The notes under the pieces: model-generated
What the model was told of the DNA's origin: nothing
The model's input: only the letters and a program-made list of their open reading frames with translations
The model's database searches: none
In this document: positions 12,886-26,051 of the stretch, piece by piece
Numbering within the stretch: position 1 is the first letter of the stretch
How the letters are laid out: each line of letters opens with the position of its first letter
Origin: Azolla caroliniana
Lineage: Eukaryota; Plantae; Polypodiophyta
Length of the DNA stretch: 64,000 bases
Direction of reading: 5' to 3'
NCBI GenBank assembly: GCA_043228905.1
Contig: JBHGNT010000016.1
Span: 11,780,001-11,844,000 of the forward strand
Position numbers and translations under genes: made by a program

Positions 12886-14400
12886 TGTCGCGTAAACGCA
12901 TGGGCGTGTGCTACTTGAGCAGGACCATACGGGGTCTTGGACTAGGGAGGACACAAGATTAGGTGGGCGCAAACATAAGGGGCTCAAAGGCTCGAAGGAA
13001 TTGAATGCTCGGTAAAAGTCAGAGGCTCCCAGGAGTTGAAGGCTTGCATTAAGTCAAAGGGAGCAATGAGTTAAAGGCTCTTGTCGCAATGAGTTAAAGG
13101 TTCGCGACAAGTTCATCTCATCTCACTGTCACGTACTAGAACAATGATTAATGCACAAGGTTAGTTTCAAAACGTACAACTAACATATTGAACTCGAGAT
13201 TGTGAAGGATTTAAACAATTTTGAGACCAAATGCAAGCCTATTCTTAGGCCGAAAGCTAGATTAAGCAAGAACCCTTTATGTAGTAGGGTATACAAATGT
13301 TCTAGGGATAGATTACAATAGTGGTATCTAAGAGCTAACCACTAACATAATAATATACGGAAAGCGAAGATGGGGGGGTTGAAGCTTCCAGTGATGGTGA
13401 GTTGAGTGGGTTGCTGACCCTAACTACTTTTGATTGCTATAGTGCCTCATTTCGGACTAGTGTTCTCGACTACTCCGTTCTCCCTTCGAACAACCGATAA
13501 GCATGTTGTTGCGTAAACGTGCGTGCATATGCTACTCAAGCCGAACCACGGGGGTCTTGGACCAAGTAGTCGAAAAGATGGAGGAGATAGCTTGTTGAAG
13601 ATCCGTCTAGTTGAGCGCACTTGTCAAGGGCTTCGTCTTATCGAGCGCTCTAGTCAACGATTCGCCGAATCGAACACACTAGCCGAAGGCTTCGACTAGT
13701 CGACGATTCGCTTAATCAAACACACTAGTCGAAGGCTTCGACTAGTCAACAATTTGGTTAGTCGAACATTGAACAATCGACAATTCGCCTCAAGGGGAGA
13801 TGCATGGGCAAGCCCGAATCTATCCCAAGGCATGAATGTTTGACTAGTTGAAGAAAGAAGCCTTTGTCGAGGGGAGATGCCTGGGCAAGCTCGAATCTAT
13901 CCCAAGGCATGAGTGTTTGACTAGTCAAAGAAAGATACCTTTGTTGAGGGGAGTTGCATGGGCAAGCCCGAATCTATCACAAGGCACAAATACAAGCGAA
14001 TGCACAAGAAGAGGGTTAACACATGACTATTGGGAGTATGGCTAATTGACAAGGCAAGACACTAGATTACAAGTACAAAGAATGTCTTTTACAAAATCGG
14101 ACATTCTTGCAATGTCTTCGGTGTTCCGATTACAAGGTAAAGGGGGTTACAATGGTGGCAACTTCCAGTTAACAATGAACTCACAAGGGTAAGGAGATGA
14201 ATGGAGCAACATAGTGTACACCCTCGCAATACGACGAAGACTCTACTCGAACACCGAAGACAAATGTTGGACACGAGCACAAGAACCACCAATGATGAAC
14301 ACACGAACCACCAACAACGTGCACATGCTTTTCTCCCTTTTGCACGTGCTACACATTTTTCTCCCTCTTGCTTTTGCTCACACTTACACCTCATTGCTTT
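12886..14400 (-). repeat. Old LTR-like sequence of the Trp-primed gypsy lineage (two LTR ends, at 12886 and 13507) with internal tandem arrays
   Basis: tgt(c/t)gcgtaaacg..gacca..ggggtcttggac at both sites resembles LTR ends at 18341 and 53402. ~42-bp repeats at 13630-13790 and ~76-bp repeats at 13794-13987. Confidence 0.55.
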
Positions 14401-14429
14401 TGCTCACGCTTACACCTCATCCCTTTTCC

Positions 14430-15454
14430 AATTTTCAACTACCTTTCCCATCTTCGGCATGCTTCTGTTTGCCAATATCTTTCCCACACATCCGTACCGG
14501 AAAATGCACATCTTCGAGTAAGAATTTGCACACTCCCGTTGTTGCCTTCTTCACTAAGGCCCGCCCTTCTACCTGGTTCATTAGGTTCTCTTTTGCTAGT
14601 ACGAGGTACTTCATTTGGCCCACTCCCCTTGGCATTGAAACCAGATCCACCAACCATTTGAAGTGTATGGTGAGTGGATAGGTCAAGTGCAACTTGTCCC
14701 TATGTCGTATGTTCGAATATAGTTGGCAACTTTCACATGTATCCATGAAATGGGCAACATCCTTGTACATTCCCAACCATCAATACTTCTCTTTTGACTT
14801 CTCAAAATTTTCCCATGTCACTCTATGGCTTGCCCAAGGACTCTTGTGGAACTCAAACACTAATGTTGTCTAATCTTGATGACCACTCGTTGTGGTGTTA
14901 CCATCCTTCTCTTCTAATGCTTCTAGAGGTACTCTCCTTACATGAAGTACTTGTATGCCTTCTCTTTGGATCCTTTGTGCTTCCTTGTTACAGGCATGAC
15001 CATATAATATCCCATGGTGAGAATTTACTGTAGTATTCTTTACACTCTCGTTTAACCCTCACACTTATCCACGTGTATAGAATACTACAGTAAATTCTCA
15101 CCACGGGATGTCATATGGTCATGCCCGTAGCATACCTCCTTTGTCCATGAAATGTTTGCTATCATTGAGCTCAAGAACCCGCCTGTGTCAAGTCACTCCC
15201 CTTCATACTTGCTCTCTTTGAAGGCGTTGAGCAGTTGCATATCTCGTTCCTCCACATATGCCTTGGCCCGTTTTCAAGAAATTGAGAGCAACATCCTCAT
15301 CTTCTGACACCATGCCACTTTCACCTTCATACCTTGCCCTTGATAGCATGTCTGCCATGGCATTATTCTTTCCTGGTATGTGGCAGACTTCTGGGTTCAT
15401 TGATTTGATGTAAGAAATCCACCTTAACATGGCCAAGTTTGGTGTTGCACACCT
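14430..15454 (-). pseudogene. RNase H end/integrase remnant of the Trp-primed gypsy lineage
   Basis: AMLRWISYIKSMNPE..GKNNAMADMLSR and CESCQLYSNIRHRDKLHLTYP..KWLVDLV match copies at 19675-20230 and 49518-50402. Cut at 15454 by a copia LTR. Confidence 0.88.
14986..15132. mobile_element. 147-bp fold-back (MITE-like) insertion
   Basis: ~60-bp inverted arms, TG..CA ends, TSD TTCCT/TACCT; its removal restores host reading WTKEEAQRI. Confidence 0.8.
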
Positions 15455-15998
15455 TGTTGGGAAACATGTCCCTCCGGATGGGAAGAGAAGGACCGCGTTG
15501 GTGAGTATCTCAAAACTGAAACCGAACTCGAACTTGAAATCGTAATCGGATACTGAAATTGTTTCGGAAGACTATAATTGTAAATAGTCTAAAAGGCCCT
15601 TGTGGGTTATACTTGTAAATAGCTAGAAAGTTGCTTTTGTTTATAAACAACTAGGGCAAACTTTAGAGTATACGAATGTAGTTGACCATTATTGAAAATA
15701 GTTAGAATGAGGTAGTTGCCTCTGTAACCGTGAGTGAGAGAGTGAGAGTGTAACTCTATAGCCGTCTGTTAGACGAAGGAAAACTCGAGGTCGTTGCCTC
15801 CGAGTTCCGTATTTGTACTTTCTCTCTACTATAGTGATATGTTTCTCGGGGTTTGTGGACCCCCGTGGTTTTTCCCATTTCAGGTTTTCCACGTAAAATA
15901 TCGGTGTCTCTGTGTCTTTACGTTTTTCTGTCTATGTACTAGTTCGTGATTTCTGCACACGAATACAAACGTGAAACTGGTTGTGGCCGATCAATTCC
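15455..15998 (+). repeat. 5' LTR of a copia element; its last 5 bp, PBS and gag resume at 33481
   Basis: tgttgggaaacatgtccctccggatggg start resembles LTRs at 26557 and (reverse) 40361; split by an insertion with TSD ATTCC. Confidence 0.88.
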
Positions 15999-16749
15999 TG
16001 TTACTCCTTGGGCCGAACTAGCCCTAACACAGGGTGCCCCTTAGGACACTTCACCAAAGGGTGGTGCAAGTGGGGTAGGCGTAGATCGTGATACAATGTA
16101 TTCCTTACCGACTACTAACTGGTGTGGTAAATGATCGTAATACACGCGTAAGATAGATTATAGTAAGCACAAAATGGTATTTAACTAAGCTTCAAGGATT
16201 AGACCAGATGTAGAACAACAAAACTTTCATTAATAAACCGCTATCTAATTCGACTTATTCTCCGCCTCCCTGTGCAGAGGTGCCTTGACGATTCTTAGGA
16301 ACCCTTCCAATCCGTGTTGCTTGAATCATTTCTTGGCCACTTCTGAGAGTGCCATGTGTTCCATCTCGCCGTCTGAGTCTGTGGGACTTGGTAGGATTAG
16401 TATGTCTGTGCGTTCCTCTTGCGTTCGTCTGATCACTCTTAATCGGCTGTGTGCGCTTAGTGCTTTGTTCTCGTGAAATGAGAGGAACTCTGTGAGGCGG
16501 AGGTTTTGTCTCTCCATGCTTGCTTGGTGCCTTTTCTTGATTCCCACGCATGCATGTCGTGTATTATTATAGCAGTTGGTTGACACATGGCGGGCTTTTA
16601 AAGAGGCTTTAATTAGCCACCAACCACACCCTTTTCAAAGTGCCTTCGCTCCTCACCTATGCATGACGACTTTTCTTTTCTTTTCTTTCTTTCTTTCTTT
16701 TTTTAAAAATTTTAATTATTTTTAATTAATTAATCATTAGTCCCGGGTT

Positions 16750-18340
16750 TCTGGTAACACCGGCTCCTCTTGGTTATCGGCCAATGGCTTGCCGCTTCCA
16801 GTTTCCGCATTGGTCTCCACATGATGGAACGGGTTTGGTGGCATGGGTCCGTAATAGGGTTTAAGCCGGAACCCATTTACCCATTTTGTCCAGTACCTCG
16901 CCGGCAAGCGTGCCTAACTGGTAAGAACTGTTGAATTCTCTCGTGATCCAGTATGGTCCGGTCCACTGGAACCGTAGCTTGCCCGACATCTTACCCATCC
17001 GTGTCTAAAATGCGAGCACCGACTTGCCGATTCTGAACAGCTTCTCATTGCCCTTCCGGTGCCGGTTGACGAATGCCTTCCTTCGTCGTTGCTCTAGTTC
17101 TAACTGCATGATACTTGCTATCCGATGCTCTTCTAGCTCACATAGTGCCGCCAATCATATTTTCTCTAATTCCTTTTCACTCAGTTGCTCCCAGACCTGT
17201 ATTTGTAAGCTCGGTACTTGAAATTCAATTGGCATCACCGCTTCTAGTCCGAACGCTAACCGGAATGGTGTCGACCTGATGCTTGTTTTATACGCCGTCC
17301 GGTACGCCCATAATGCACTGTGCAACTTCGTGTCCCAATCGGTCCGGTTTTCGTTGACGATCTTCTGGAGGATGTTCTATAGTGTCTTGTTGGTGGACTC
17401 GGCCAGTCCATTGGCCTGCGGGTAGTACGGAGTGCTGCGCTTGTGTACTACCGCGTAGAACGTTGTTAGGCTCTCCACTACTTGACCGAGGAAGTGTTCA
17501 CCCTGGTCGCTAATTAATTCGATTGGACATCCATAACGGCACCAGATGTACTCGTAGAGAAACTTCGCCGTTGATGCCGCAATATTGTCTCGCAAAGCCT
17601 TGGCCTCTACCCACTTGGTGAAATAATCTGTAGCAACTATGATGTATCTGGCGGCTTGAATGGTCCGACGAAGTCCAGCCCCCATTTTTGAAATGGTTCT
17701 AGGGGTAGTACTGGCTGGTGAGGCATCTGCGCTTGTTCTATCGGTTGGCCCATTCGTTGGCACAAATCACATTCCTTTGTATATTGGACCAAATCTTTCA
17801 GTGTCGTTGGCCACCATAGCCCACTGTGCCATATCTTTCTCGTTGTAGCTTCACCGACATAGTGTCCTCCGGTGCCTCCACAATGTGCTTCCCATAATAT
17901 GATGTCCTTTTCATCACTCCACACCACTCTCTGCCATATTCCATCGGCTCCCTCGTGGTATAGGGTGTCCTGTAATAAACAAAAATGTCGGCTTTGGACC
18001 GCCAATCATTTCCACTCGTCTCTGTTCATCTCTTCCAGCGGTAGTAGCGTGCTTAAGAACCGATGCATGTTTGTTAGCCATTTGTCCTTGTCCGGATTTG
18101 TCCTATCCGCTGTGGTTTTTGCTGTGATTTTAAACAATTCGGCATCCGAAAACTCATCTGGTACGCCGTCACCGGTCTCGCCAGTTTCTAACCGACTCAA
18201 ATAGTCGGCAACCGCGTGTTGTATACCCGGTTAGTGATAAATTTCGAACTCGAATTCCTGTAGCAGCAATGTCCACCGGGCCAGCTTACCCATGAGGGAT
18301 GCCTTAGAGACCAAGTATAATAGTGTAGAATGGTCTACGT
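16750..18340 (-). pseudogene. RNase H end and integrase of the Athila-like element
   Basis: HSGLWWPT..CDLCQR, PFQKWGLDFVGP, TDYFTKWVEA, SDQG, STPYYPQANGLAE. Confidence 0.92.
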
Positions 18341-20238
18341 TATCGCGTTACTACGCGCGTGCGTGGAGAAACGAGGCGGGACCACTGGGGTCTTGAACCG
18401 AAGAGCAGGTGATAGAAGGGGAAAGAGAAAGAGAGAGACGCCCGGTTACGTATGAGCAAAGAAACACAGGGACACGGCCCGTCAACGCGGAAGACATGAA
18501 TGGACACAGAGACAGAGAGACACAAATGTTTGTATATTAACGAATGACACATAAACAACAGAGCACGTGAGCGGTTACAACCGAACAGGCCGGCGAACAG
18601 ATGCCGATGCCTGCTCGTCTACGCACTGAATCTAACTACCTAGGATATACCTTTGTACCTAATTCTCTATTATATACATTCAAGGGCGCGCACGCGTGAA
18701 GAGCCGGTTCACGCGCGCTATGCACCGATTACGCTAAGGGACGGTTTTCTTCACGACATCCGCCCCCACCTAACTGCGCATCCACCGGTATGCGCCAAAA
18801 TTGGGTTCTGGTTGGAGAAAACCGGTCCGGGTTCCGGTTCCTCGTCCATCGGTTCGTCCTCCATTTCGGATTGTTCGTCGTCGCTGTCTAGGCCTCTTAG
18901 ATCCGGTTCGCCGTTGTGGCGCTTCTTGAACGCTTTGATCCACTTCCCTGCTACCGGTATCGCCATCCTCGTACCGTCGAGTTCCGCCAGGTGATACGTC
19001 CCGTTGTCGTTGGCGCTCGTTACCACGTAAGGCCCGAACCACCGCTTTGCAAACTTCCGTGTTGCTCGGTGCTTGTTGTCAAGGCTACTGTCGTAGACTA
19101 GCACCCAGTCGCCTTCCTCGATTTTCTTTGGTCGGAGCCGGTGCGTTCGGTCGAACCGGGCTTTGTTCCTCATCCTCGCCGTCCGAAGTCTCTCCGTCGC
19201 TCGTTCCACGTCCTCTGGCCTCCGCTCGAGCTGCCGTATATGCGCCGCTAGCAGTTCTTCCTGGCTCATCTCGTCTCTCCAGTCCATTGTCACCCAAGAG
19301 GAGATCGTCTGTTCCATCGGCATGATCGACTTCTGTCCGAACATGAGCTCTGACGGCATGAACCTGGTTACCGAACTGTGCGTTGTCCGGTCCGCCCACA
19401 AGGCATAAGGTAATAGTCATGGCTAGTTCCCGACCTGGCCTCCGCACGCCCGGACTAGCGCTTTGACGATCGGTCTGTGTCCGCGCTCCACCTTCCCGTT
19501 CGCCTCCGGATTGTACGTTGTGGTGAGTGAGAGCTTGACCCCTAACCGGTCGAACAGCTCCTCGGCCTCTTCGGCGTCCAACTCCCCGCGGTCAGCCACG
19601 ATCTTCCCGACGCACCCGTACTGGCATATCACGTCCTCGATCAGGAACCAACACACGACCGCGGTCGTTTTGTTCTACAGGGCTCGGCCTTCCACCTGGT
19701 TCGTCAGGTCCTCCCGGGCCAGCACCAGATATCGCATCTGCCCTACGCCCATTGGCATCGTCACCAAATCTACCATCCATTTGAAGTGGATGGCCGGAGG
19801 GTATGTAGGGTGAAGCTCGTCCCGATGTCGGACTATGGAGTGTATCTGACAGCTCTCACAAGTTGTCACGAACCGATGCACGTCCCGGTACAGTCCCAGC
19901 CACCAGTACTTCCCCTTTAGTTTCTCGAACGTGGCCCACGTCCCACGGTGTCCAGCCCAGGGGCTATCGTGGTAGGCCTTCAGCAACTCCTCCTGTTCCT
20001 CCTCCATCGCCACTACTCGGAGCGGGATGCCGTTTCTCTTCTTCGGGTGCTTCCACAAGTATCCGTCCCGGAGAAAGAATCGGTATGCTTTCTTCCGGAT
20101 CCGGTTGGCCTCGTTCTTTGTCCATGACGCGTCCGGCGTCATCGTCCTCAAGAATCCCCCAATCTGCAGCCACTCCCCGTCGTACTTGCTCTCGTTGAAA
20201 TCATTAAGCGCCGGAGTGCTCCCCCCCTCGTTTGTTAC

Positions 20239-23200
20239 TGTGAAAGTGTTTTTAGAATCTAAGCCATTGAACATTAGGAGAATATAAAGTATAGATAATT
20301 CACCTTTTGAGGATAAGAACACGAACTAAGACCTTAGGGAAGAAGTCAAAAGTAAAAGTACGAGACCAAGAGAAAAGTAAAAAGAGAAAACGCAGACTAT
20401 AAAAAACAGTAAAAATAGAATGGTCATAACTCCCTCGTTGTTTATCCAAATATCACGTTTAAATATGGATTAGAAAGCTTGTAAAAAGAGCTTTCTATAG
20501 CTTTTTAAATCGCTTAATTTGGATATCGGATATGACGATTAGAAGGTCGATGTGTCATAGCTAAAAATAGGGAGATAAAAAGCTTCTAAAAATAGCATGA
20601 ACGTGGATAAGAAGAGGAAGGTTATAAAAGAAGAAGGGATATTAGTGAGGGGGAAGAGTGAAGGCCAAAGAGTGGATGAGGAGTGTTAGGAAGAAGTGTC
20701 TTTGTGGAAGAGGAAGTGTCTTAGAAGAGGAAGGTCTTTGGTTTTAGTTCAATGTGGAGTTTGTCTCCTTTGTATTCTCTTGATGTTGGAATATCAGAAC
20801 ATTCTTATTTCTTGCTCGCTTTCTCTATCTTTTTTCTTAGTTTCTTGAGTTATACTCTCTAATCATAATTACCTAGAGCTATATAATATATTATGATTTT
20901 CAACTCCATCTAATCGGTTTGGTCAAGCCCTCATATAGTGTATAACTATCTATTATCTTATACACCCTATCATTTTACTCCCATATGTACTCCAACATGT
21001 GAGCATTTCAGCACGAATTGCTAAATGGGCTCTACTATTGGCGGAGTTTGATTTTGAAGTCAAATTGGAATCAACTATGCGTGCCGAATTGGCGGATCTT
21101 CTCACCTTTAGAGAAACCTTTCATGAAGAAGACTTGGTAAAGCTACGAAAGGCACTTCCCGAGCCGGATATGGAGGATGCATTCACCTTATTCTTTGATG
21201 GGGCATTTCGCAAAGCCACAAACATAGCCGTGGGTGGGATTATTCTCAAGGATCCTCAAGGAGACAGAGTAAAAAGTGAAGGTATTACATTAAGTGGTGT
21301 GAATTCAAATAATGAAGCGGAGTATGCTACCTTGTGTTATGGTCTTCGTCTATGTAAAGCTATGAAGATAAAAAGATTAATTCTTAAGGGTGATTCCTTA
21401 TTGGTAATTAAACAAATTCAAGGCAATTGGAAATGTCAAAGTGATGGGCTTAGAAATTTTTATAAAGAAGCAATGAGTCTACTAAGGTCTTTTGAAAAGA
21501 TATAGATTAAGCATGTGGGGAGATTGTACAATAAAGAAGCGGATGCATTAGCTCAAGCCCAATTAGATAAGATCAAGGAAGGTTTCGTTGGTGTTTTGGA
21601 GACATGCAAAGATGTAGACTCCCTAGAGGAAGTACATAATTTTCTTAATAAAGGAGAGTTTCCAAATAACCTCAATGCTTTGCAAAGAAAGCGTTTGGTG
21701 GCAAAGGCTTCACAATATCATTTGGTGGGTGAAGATTTGTACAACAAAGGGAAAGATGGAGTTTTACGAAGAGTTCCTAACAAAAGCGAGATTATAAAGA
21801 TACTCTTTAAGTTGCACGAAGAAGTTTGTGGTGGGCATTTAACCCATGATATAATGATAAGAAATATTTTACTAATTGGTTTTACATGGCCTACTATCTA
21901 TAGGGATGTGCATGATTGGTGTAGATCTTGTGATGCATGTCAAAAAGCGGGAATAAGACATCTACAAAGTGGACCTTTACAACCCATTGTGGTGTTTGCT
22001 CCATTCGAGAAATGGGGAATTGATGCAGTAGGACCTCTTCCGAAAACTCAACATGGTAAAGAGTTTATTTTGGTGGCCATTGACTACATGACAAAGTGGG
22101 TGGAAGCTATAGCAACTTCCTCGATTAAAGCCAAAGATGTAGCCCAATTTGTGTATAAGAATATTTGTACTAGATTTGGAGTTCCCATGGAGATTGTATC
22201 CGATCATGGACCCGGTTTTAGGAGTGAAATGTTAGCTTGTCTATTAAGCAAGTTGAAGATTAAGCATCGATATTCAACGCCTTATTATCCTCAAGCAAAT
22301 GGTGCAGTTGAGAAAGTGAATGGGCTTATAGTGAAGAATTTGACAAAGTTAGTGCAAGACAAAGTAAGAACATGGGATAGGTATTTGGATGATACTCTTT
22401 GGGCTTATAGAGTTTCATATAAATCCTCCACAGGTTTTACTCCTTTTTATTTGGTTTATGGAAAAGAAGCGTTACTTCCGATCGAACTTGAGATCAAAAG
22501 TAATAGACTAATGGAGGCATCGCATCGCTCAAAAGGAAATGATGTGATGAGTCGTTTAGCGAGCAACCATCTACTACAATATTCAAGAGAAGAAGCTGTG
22601 GAGCATTACTTAAATCAAGCAATGAAGAGAAAGGAGGCATATGACAAAAAACACAAGGGCAACCACATTGAAGAAGGATCATTGGTTCTTAGGTATGATA
22701 ATAGATATGATTATATTCAAGGACAAAAGCTTGATAATAAGTGGGAAGGACCCTTTGTGGTTCACAAAAAGTATGACAACGGAAGTTACCAATTGAAAGA
22801 TGTGGATGGAGCACTTCATTCTTATCGAGTGAACGGATGGCGCCTTAAAAAGTATGTAACTCGGGGACCTACTTATATTCCCCAAGTTACTAATGATATT
22901 GTTGATACGGATGGATGGGAGCAAGAAGTGGACTTGTTTCCCCATACATTATTTTCTTAATAGTCCATATTGTAGACCCATCTTTCTCTCTATTAACAAA
23001 GAGGAAGATGGTAATAGTGATTATCTTTTTTATTTGTAGAGAATGTGAGGTTTTTCCTACCGATTAGCGGGGGTTTTACTCATATCTTTTTATTTTCTTT
23101 TTATTATATCTCTCTCATTGTCTATAGCCAAGAGATTGGCGAGAGAGCTTTTGTTTGTTAAGTACTGCCAATAAGTGCTTCGCCATAAATGGCTTAGCCT

Positions 23201-23968
23201 CTAACAAGGGGGAGGGCTAAATGTGAAAGTGTTTTTAGAATCTAAGCCATTGAACATTAGGAGAATATAAAGTATAGATAATTCACCTTTTGAGGATAAG
23301 AACACGAACTAAGACCTTAGGGAAGAAGTCAAAAGTAAAAGTACGAGACCAAGAGAAAAGTAAAAAGAAAAAACGCAGACTATAAAAAACAGTAAAAATA
23401 GAATGGTCATAACTCCCTCGTTGTTTATCCAAATATCACGTTTAAATATGGATTAGAAAGCTTGTAAAAAGAGCTTTCTATAGCTTTTTAAATCGCTTAA
23501 TTTGGATATCGGATGAGGGAGATATGACGATTAGAAGGTCGATGTGTCATAGCTAAAAATAGGAAGATAAAAAGCTTCTAAAAATAGCATGAACGTGGAT
23601 AAGAAGAGGAAGGTTATAAAAGAAGAAGTGATATTAGTGAGGAGGGGGGAAGAGGGAAGGCCAAAGAGTGGATGAGGAGTGTTAGGAAGAAGTGTCTTTA
23701 TGGAAGAGGAAGTGTCTTAGAAGAGGAAGGTCTTTGGTTTTAGTTCAATGTGGAGTTTGTCTCCTTTGTATTCTCTTGATGTTGGAATATCAGAACATTC
23801 TTATTTCTTGCTCGCTTTCTCTATCTTTTTTCTTAGTTTCTTGAGTTATACTCTCTAATCATAATTACTTAGAGCTATATAATATATTATGATTTTCAAC
23901 TCCATCTAATCGGTTTGGTCAAGCCCTCATATAGTGTATAACTATCTATTATCTTATACACCCTATCA
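20239..23968 (+). mobile_element. Tat-clade gypsy derivative: LTR-(RH end)-aRH-INT-PPT-LTR
   Basis: LTRs 20239-20972 and 23222-23968; TSD GTTAC; PPT aagggggagggc; no PBS, gag, PR or RT. Confidence 0.94.
20973..22960 (+). pseudogene. Archaeal-type RNase H plus integrase, one in-frame TAG at 21503
   Basis: LFFDGA, NNEAEY, GDSLLV, NKEADALA (aRH); H..CGGH..CDACQ, WGIDAVGP, SDHG, YPQANGAVE, WEGPF (INT). Confidence 0.93.
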
Positions 23969-25985
23969 GTTACGTAAGCCGCCTCGAAGAAGTCCACGCC
24001 GACTTCCTCATCCTCCGAAACCATGCCGCCCTCGTCGTTGAATCGCGCCCTCGAAGGCATGTTGGCCATGGCATTGTCTTTCCCGGAAATGTGTCGTATT
24101 CCCGGATCCAGGGACTTGATGTACGCTATCCACCTGAGCATTGCCAGGTCCGGGGTTGCGCATGCGGAAACCATGCTGAGAATCGGTAGGCAGTCCGTCT
24201 CGATAATCACCTCTGTCCCGATCAGATAGTCTTTATCGGCCTTCACCGCCGAAACGATACCCCAGAGTTCGCGTTTAACCTGGGCGTATCCTTGCTGTCG
24301 CTCGCTGAGGACCTTCGTGCCGAACCGGATTGGGAACCGAATGCCGTCCTCATCTTCTTGGTTGACGACCCATCCGATCCCGGTCGAACTTGTATCTACC
24401 GTTATGTAGATGGGAGTGCCTTTCTCGTAGACAGCCTTCCGGAGTGCCGGAGCTGCAGCAAGAACCTCCTTCATCTTTCGGACAGACTCCGTATGCTCGT
24501 CTCGCCACTCAAATTTTCGCCCCTTTTTCAGCAACCCGTATAGCGGCTCGGCAACGTGGGCGTAATGCGGGATCCATATGTGGTAGAACGCGCATGCTCC
24601 CAAGAACCTTCGTACCTCCGTGACCGAGTTACAGTCGGGCTTCATTGCGGAGATGGCTTCCACCTTAGCCGGAGACGGTTTCCGGCCATACGGTCCGCAT
24701 AGATGTCCGACGACCATGATCTCTGATTGCCCGAAGGCCGATTTCTCCCCGGAGAAGGTGAGCCTCGCGTCCTCTAGCCTCTGCAGCACCCTCTCGCAGT
24801 CGTCAATGTGTGTCGCCACGAATTTCCAGCATCCGTCCGGTCCGATTGTTTCGTCCTTTTCCTCCACCGGACATCCCTTGATCGGGATGTCGTCCAAGAA
24901 TGGCATGGTGATGTCCGGGATACAATCCCTCAGCACCTTGTTCATCGCATTCACCATGTGGGCCACCGAGTTCGTCCCTCCTTGTGGCAGGGTACACATC
25001 CGCACTAGGCCGAGAGGAGTCCGCATCGTCGTAATGTCTCTGCTCTCCACGGCTAGTTGGAACTGATCGTACCCTGAGTACAGATCACCGACCGAGTAGA
25101 TCGACCTTCCAACGAAGGCCTCCGCGAACTCGTCTATCGTTGGTCCGATTCCTGCATTCCGAATGGTCACTCTGTTGACCGGTTGCAGGTCTTGAATGAA
25201 GCGCAACGTCCCGTTCTTCTTCGGTACAGTAAACCACCGGTTCGTGGATGCCCATATCAACTTTCTGCCTCAACAGCTCCATCAGCTCTGGGATGTGAGC
25301 TCTCGGTACCGGAATTGGTTTGAGATTCCACGGCACATGCGGTACCGTGAATATCACCATCGGCTTCACGAATGTCGGGTCTACGCACCCGATCTCTTCC
25401 AGTGAGAATGCGAAGGCTTTCCCGTGCCTTTCGAGCATTCTCCGAAACCAGTCTTCTTCCGCCGGCAGTAGGAACCCGCCCCCACCGATTTTGAGCTCCC
25501 GTAGCGTTCCTTCGGTGAAGGTGTGTCCTATGCAGGCCGGATCTTGTAAATTAGGGTCCGACGCAACCCCCTTGATTCGCAACTCGCTGCCCTCCGGTAA
25601 GGGTGCCGCGACTGGCCTTACCTTCCGGTCCACAATCTTGTACCTCGTGTTAACCTGGGCCGTCCGATCCGACTCGAGCCCTCGACTGAAGTCCGCGATG
25701 ACTTCGTACATCTCTTCTGAACAAACCGGTATCGTCCGGTCCTCTTTAAGGCCCCTCTCCGACCACCTCTCACAGTATTCCCAAGGTATCGTCGAAGGAG
25801 ACCGCCTCCACGGCTCTGTTGATTTCCTCGCTGGGCCCGAGAACTCCGCACGCCCGAAGTCGCTCTTCCACCCTTGTCTTTTCTCGGCCAACGACGCCAA
25901 CTATCGTACACCCTCCGTTGTAGGAGAAACAAAACTTCCTATGTATGGTACAAGGTTTCTTCGGTTTCGCCTCTATCGTACATTT

Positions 25986-26051
25986 GTGGGGTTTTCCCGG
26001 AGTGTCCAAACTATCGCGGCCCCACGCCTTGACAGCCCTCTCTAAAAATCC
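25986..26051 (-). promoter_or_regulatory. Putative -1 frameshift signal (G GAU UUU + pseudoknot), copy A1
   Basis: PR ORF ends GAT TTT TAG; -1 frame open (GFLERAVKAWGRDSLDTPGK..); stems GCTGTC/GATAGT and GTGGGG/CCCCAC. Confidence 0.8.

Noticed and set aside
13630-13987. Spaced repeats superficially like a CRISPR array
   Set aside because: Degenerate head-to-tail units without unique spacers, eukaryotic LTR context, no cas genes.
20999-21505. RNase H1-like ORF as a captured host or bacterial gene
   Set aside because: In frame with integrase between RH and INT: the known aRH domain of Tat-clade elements.
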